The notes under the pieces: generated by a model | Seen by the model: only the letters and a program-made list of their open reading frames with translations | Database searches by the model: none | Told to the model about the DNA's origin: nothing | Program-made: the position numbers and the translations under genes | Assembly (NCBI GenBank): GCA_022842925.1 | Contig: JALHOQ010000002.1 | Span: 1-48,213, forward strand | DNA from: Bdellovibrionales bacterium | GTDB taxonomy: Bacteria; Bdellovibrionota; Bdellovibrionia; Bdellovibrionales; UBA1609 | Length of the DNA: 48,213 bases | Reading direction: 5' to 3' | Shown: piece by piece, positions 48,095-48,213 of the stretch | Layout of the letters: each line of letters begins with the position of its first letter | Position numbering within the stretch: position 1 is the first letter of the stretch

Positions 48095-48213
48095 GACTGC
48101 GTTGACTGCGTTGACTGCGTTGACTGCGTTGACTGCGTTGACTGCGTTGACTGCGTTGACTGCGTTGACTGCGTTGACTGCGTTGACTGCGTTGACTGCG
48201 TTGACTGCGTTGA
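48095..48213. repeat. Perfect 9-bp tandem repeat (GACTGCGTT), 13 full copies plus 2 nt, truncated by the window end
   Basis: Read directly: every unit from 48095 to the last base is identical. The unit length is a multiple of 3. Confidence 0.95.

Noticed and set aside
48095-48213. The 9-bp repeat array as a CRISPR array, iteron set or DnaA-box cluster
   Set aside because: The units are contiguous with no spacers, so it is not a CRISPR array. The unit is too short for typical iterons, and no replication or partition genes are nearby. The unit does not resemble the DnaA box TTATCCACA.
47904-48213. Open minus-strand frame reading (QRS)n through the repeat and on to a TGA at 47904-47906
   Set aside because: It is open for about 310 nt, but the non-repeat part (RPAIGNTARARFESRWQPPLGIGFTL...) shows no motif, no signal and no convincing composition. 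Five of the six frames are open across the repeat by construction. I kept it as a caveat in the repeat finding rather than calling a CDS.

Overview
This is a 48.2-kb, gene-dense chromosomal window from a Gram-negative (diderm) bacterium. Hand-sampled 60-nt lines of ordinary genes give about 55-62% GC. The gene content (many secreted proteases, outer-membrane beta-barrels, AsmA, a stand-alone HD-GYP protein, LemA, MarC) is reminiscent of Bdellovibrionota/Oligoflexia-like genomes, but that placement is only a guess. I support about 42 protein-coding genes, mostly housekeeping: acs, nrdAB, lgt, maf, hemB, uvrA, a Fur-family regulator, a squalene/phytoene-synthase homologue, MscS, AsmA, sucAB, trpS, lemA, an acyl-CoA desaturase, an M20 peptidase, marC, an S8 protease, a Tsx/OmpK-like porin and plsC. 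One long partial lipoprotein gene (1..2009, minus strand) is missing from the supplied ORF track and was found by hand translation. I saw no rRNA, tRNA, CRISPR array, transposase, integrase or recognisable defence/toxin genes, and I cannot point to a convincing novel multi-gene system. The observations most worth a second look are: (1) a low-GC four-gene island (about 11.5-14.2 kb) bounded by copies of a GC-rich palindrome, including a 17-nt direct repeat; (2) a 450-bp gene-free region with a strong orphan intrinsic terminator, a candidate sRNA (37.47-37.92 kb); (3) a perfect 9-bp tandem repeat of about 13 copies running off the right edge; (4) an uncharacterised, translationally coupled four-gene envelope operon at the left edge; (5) a coupled trypsin-like protease / coiled-coil secreted protein pair; (6) a lemA-DUF3137-like-membrane-trpS operon. 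All functional calls rest on motif recognition by eye, with no database search.
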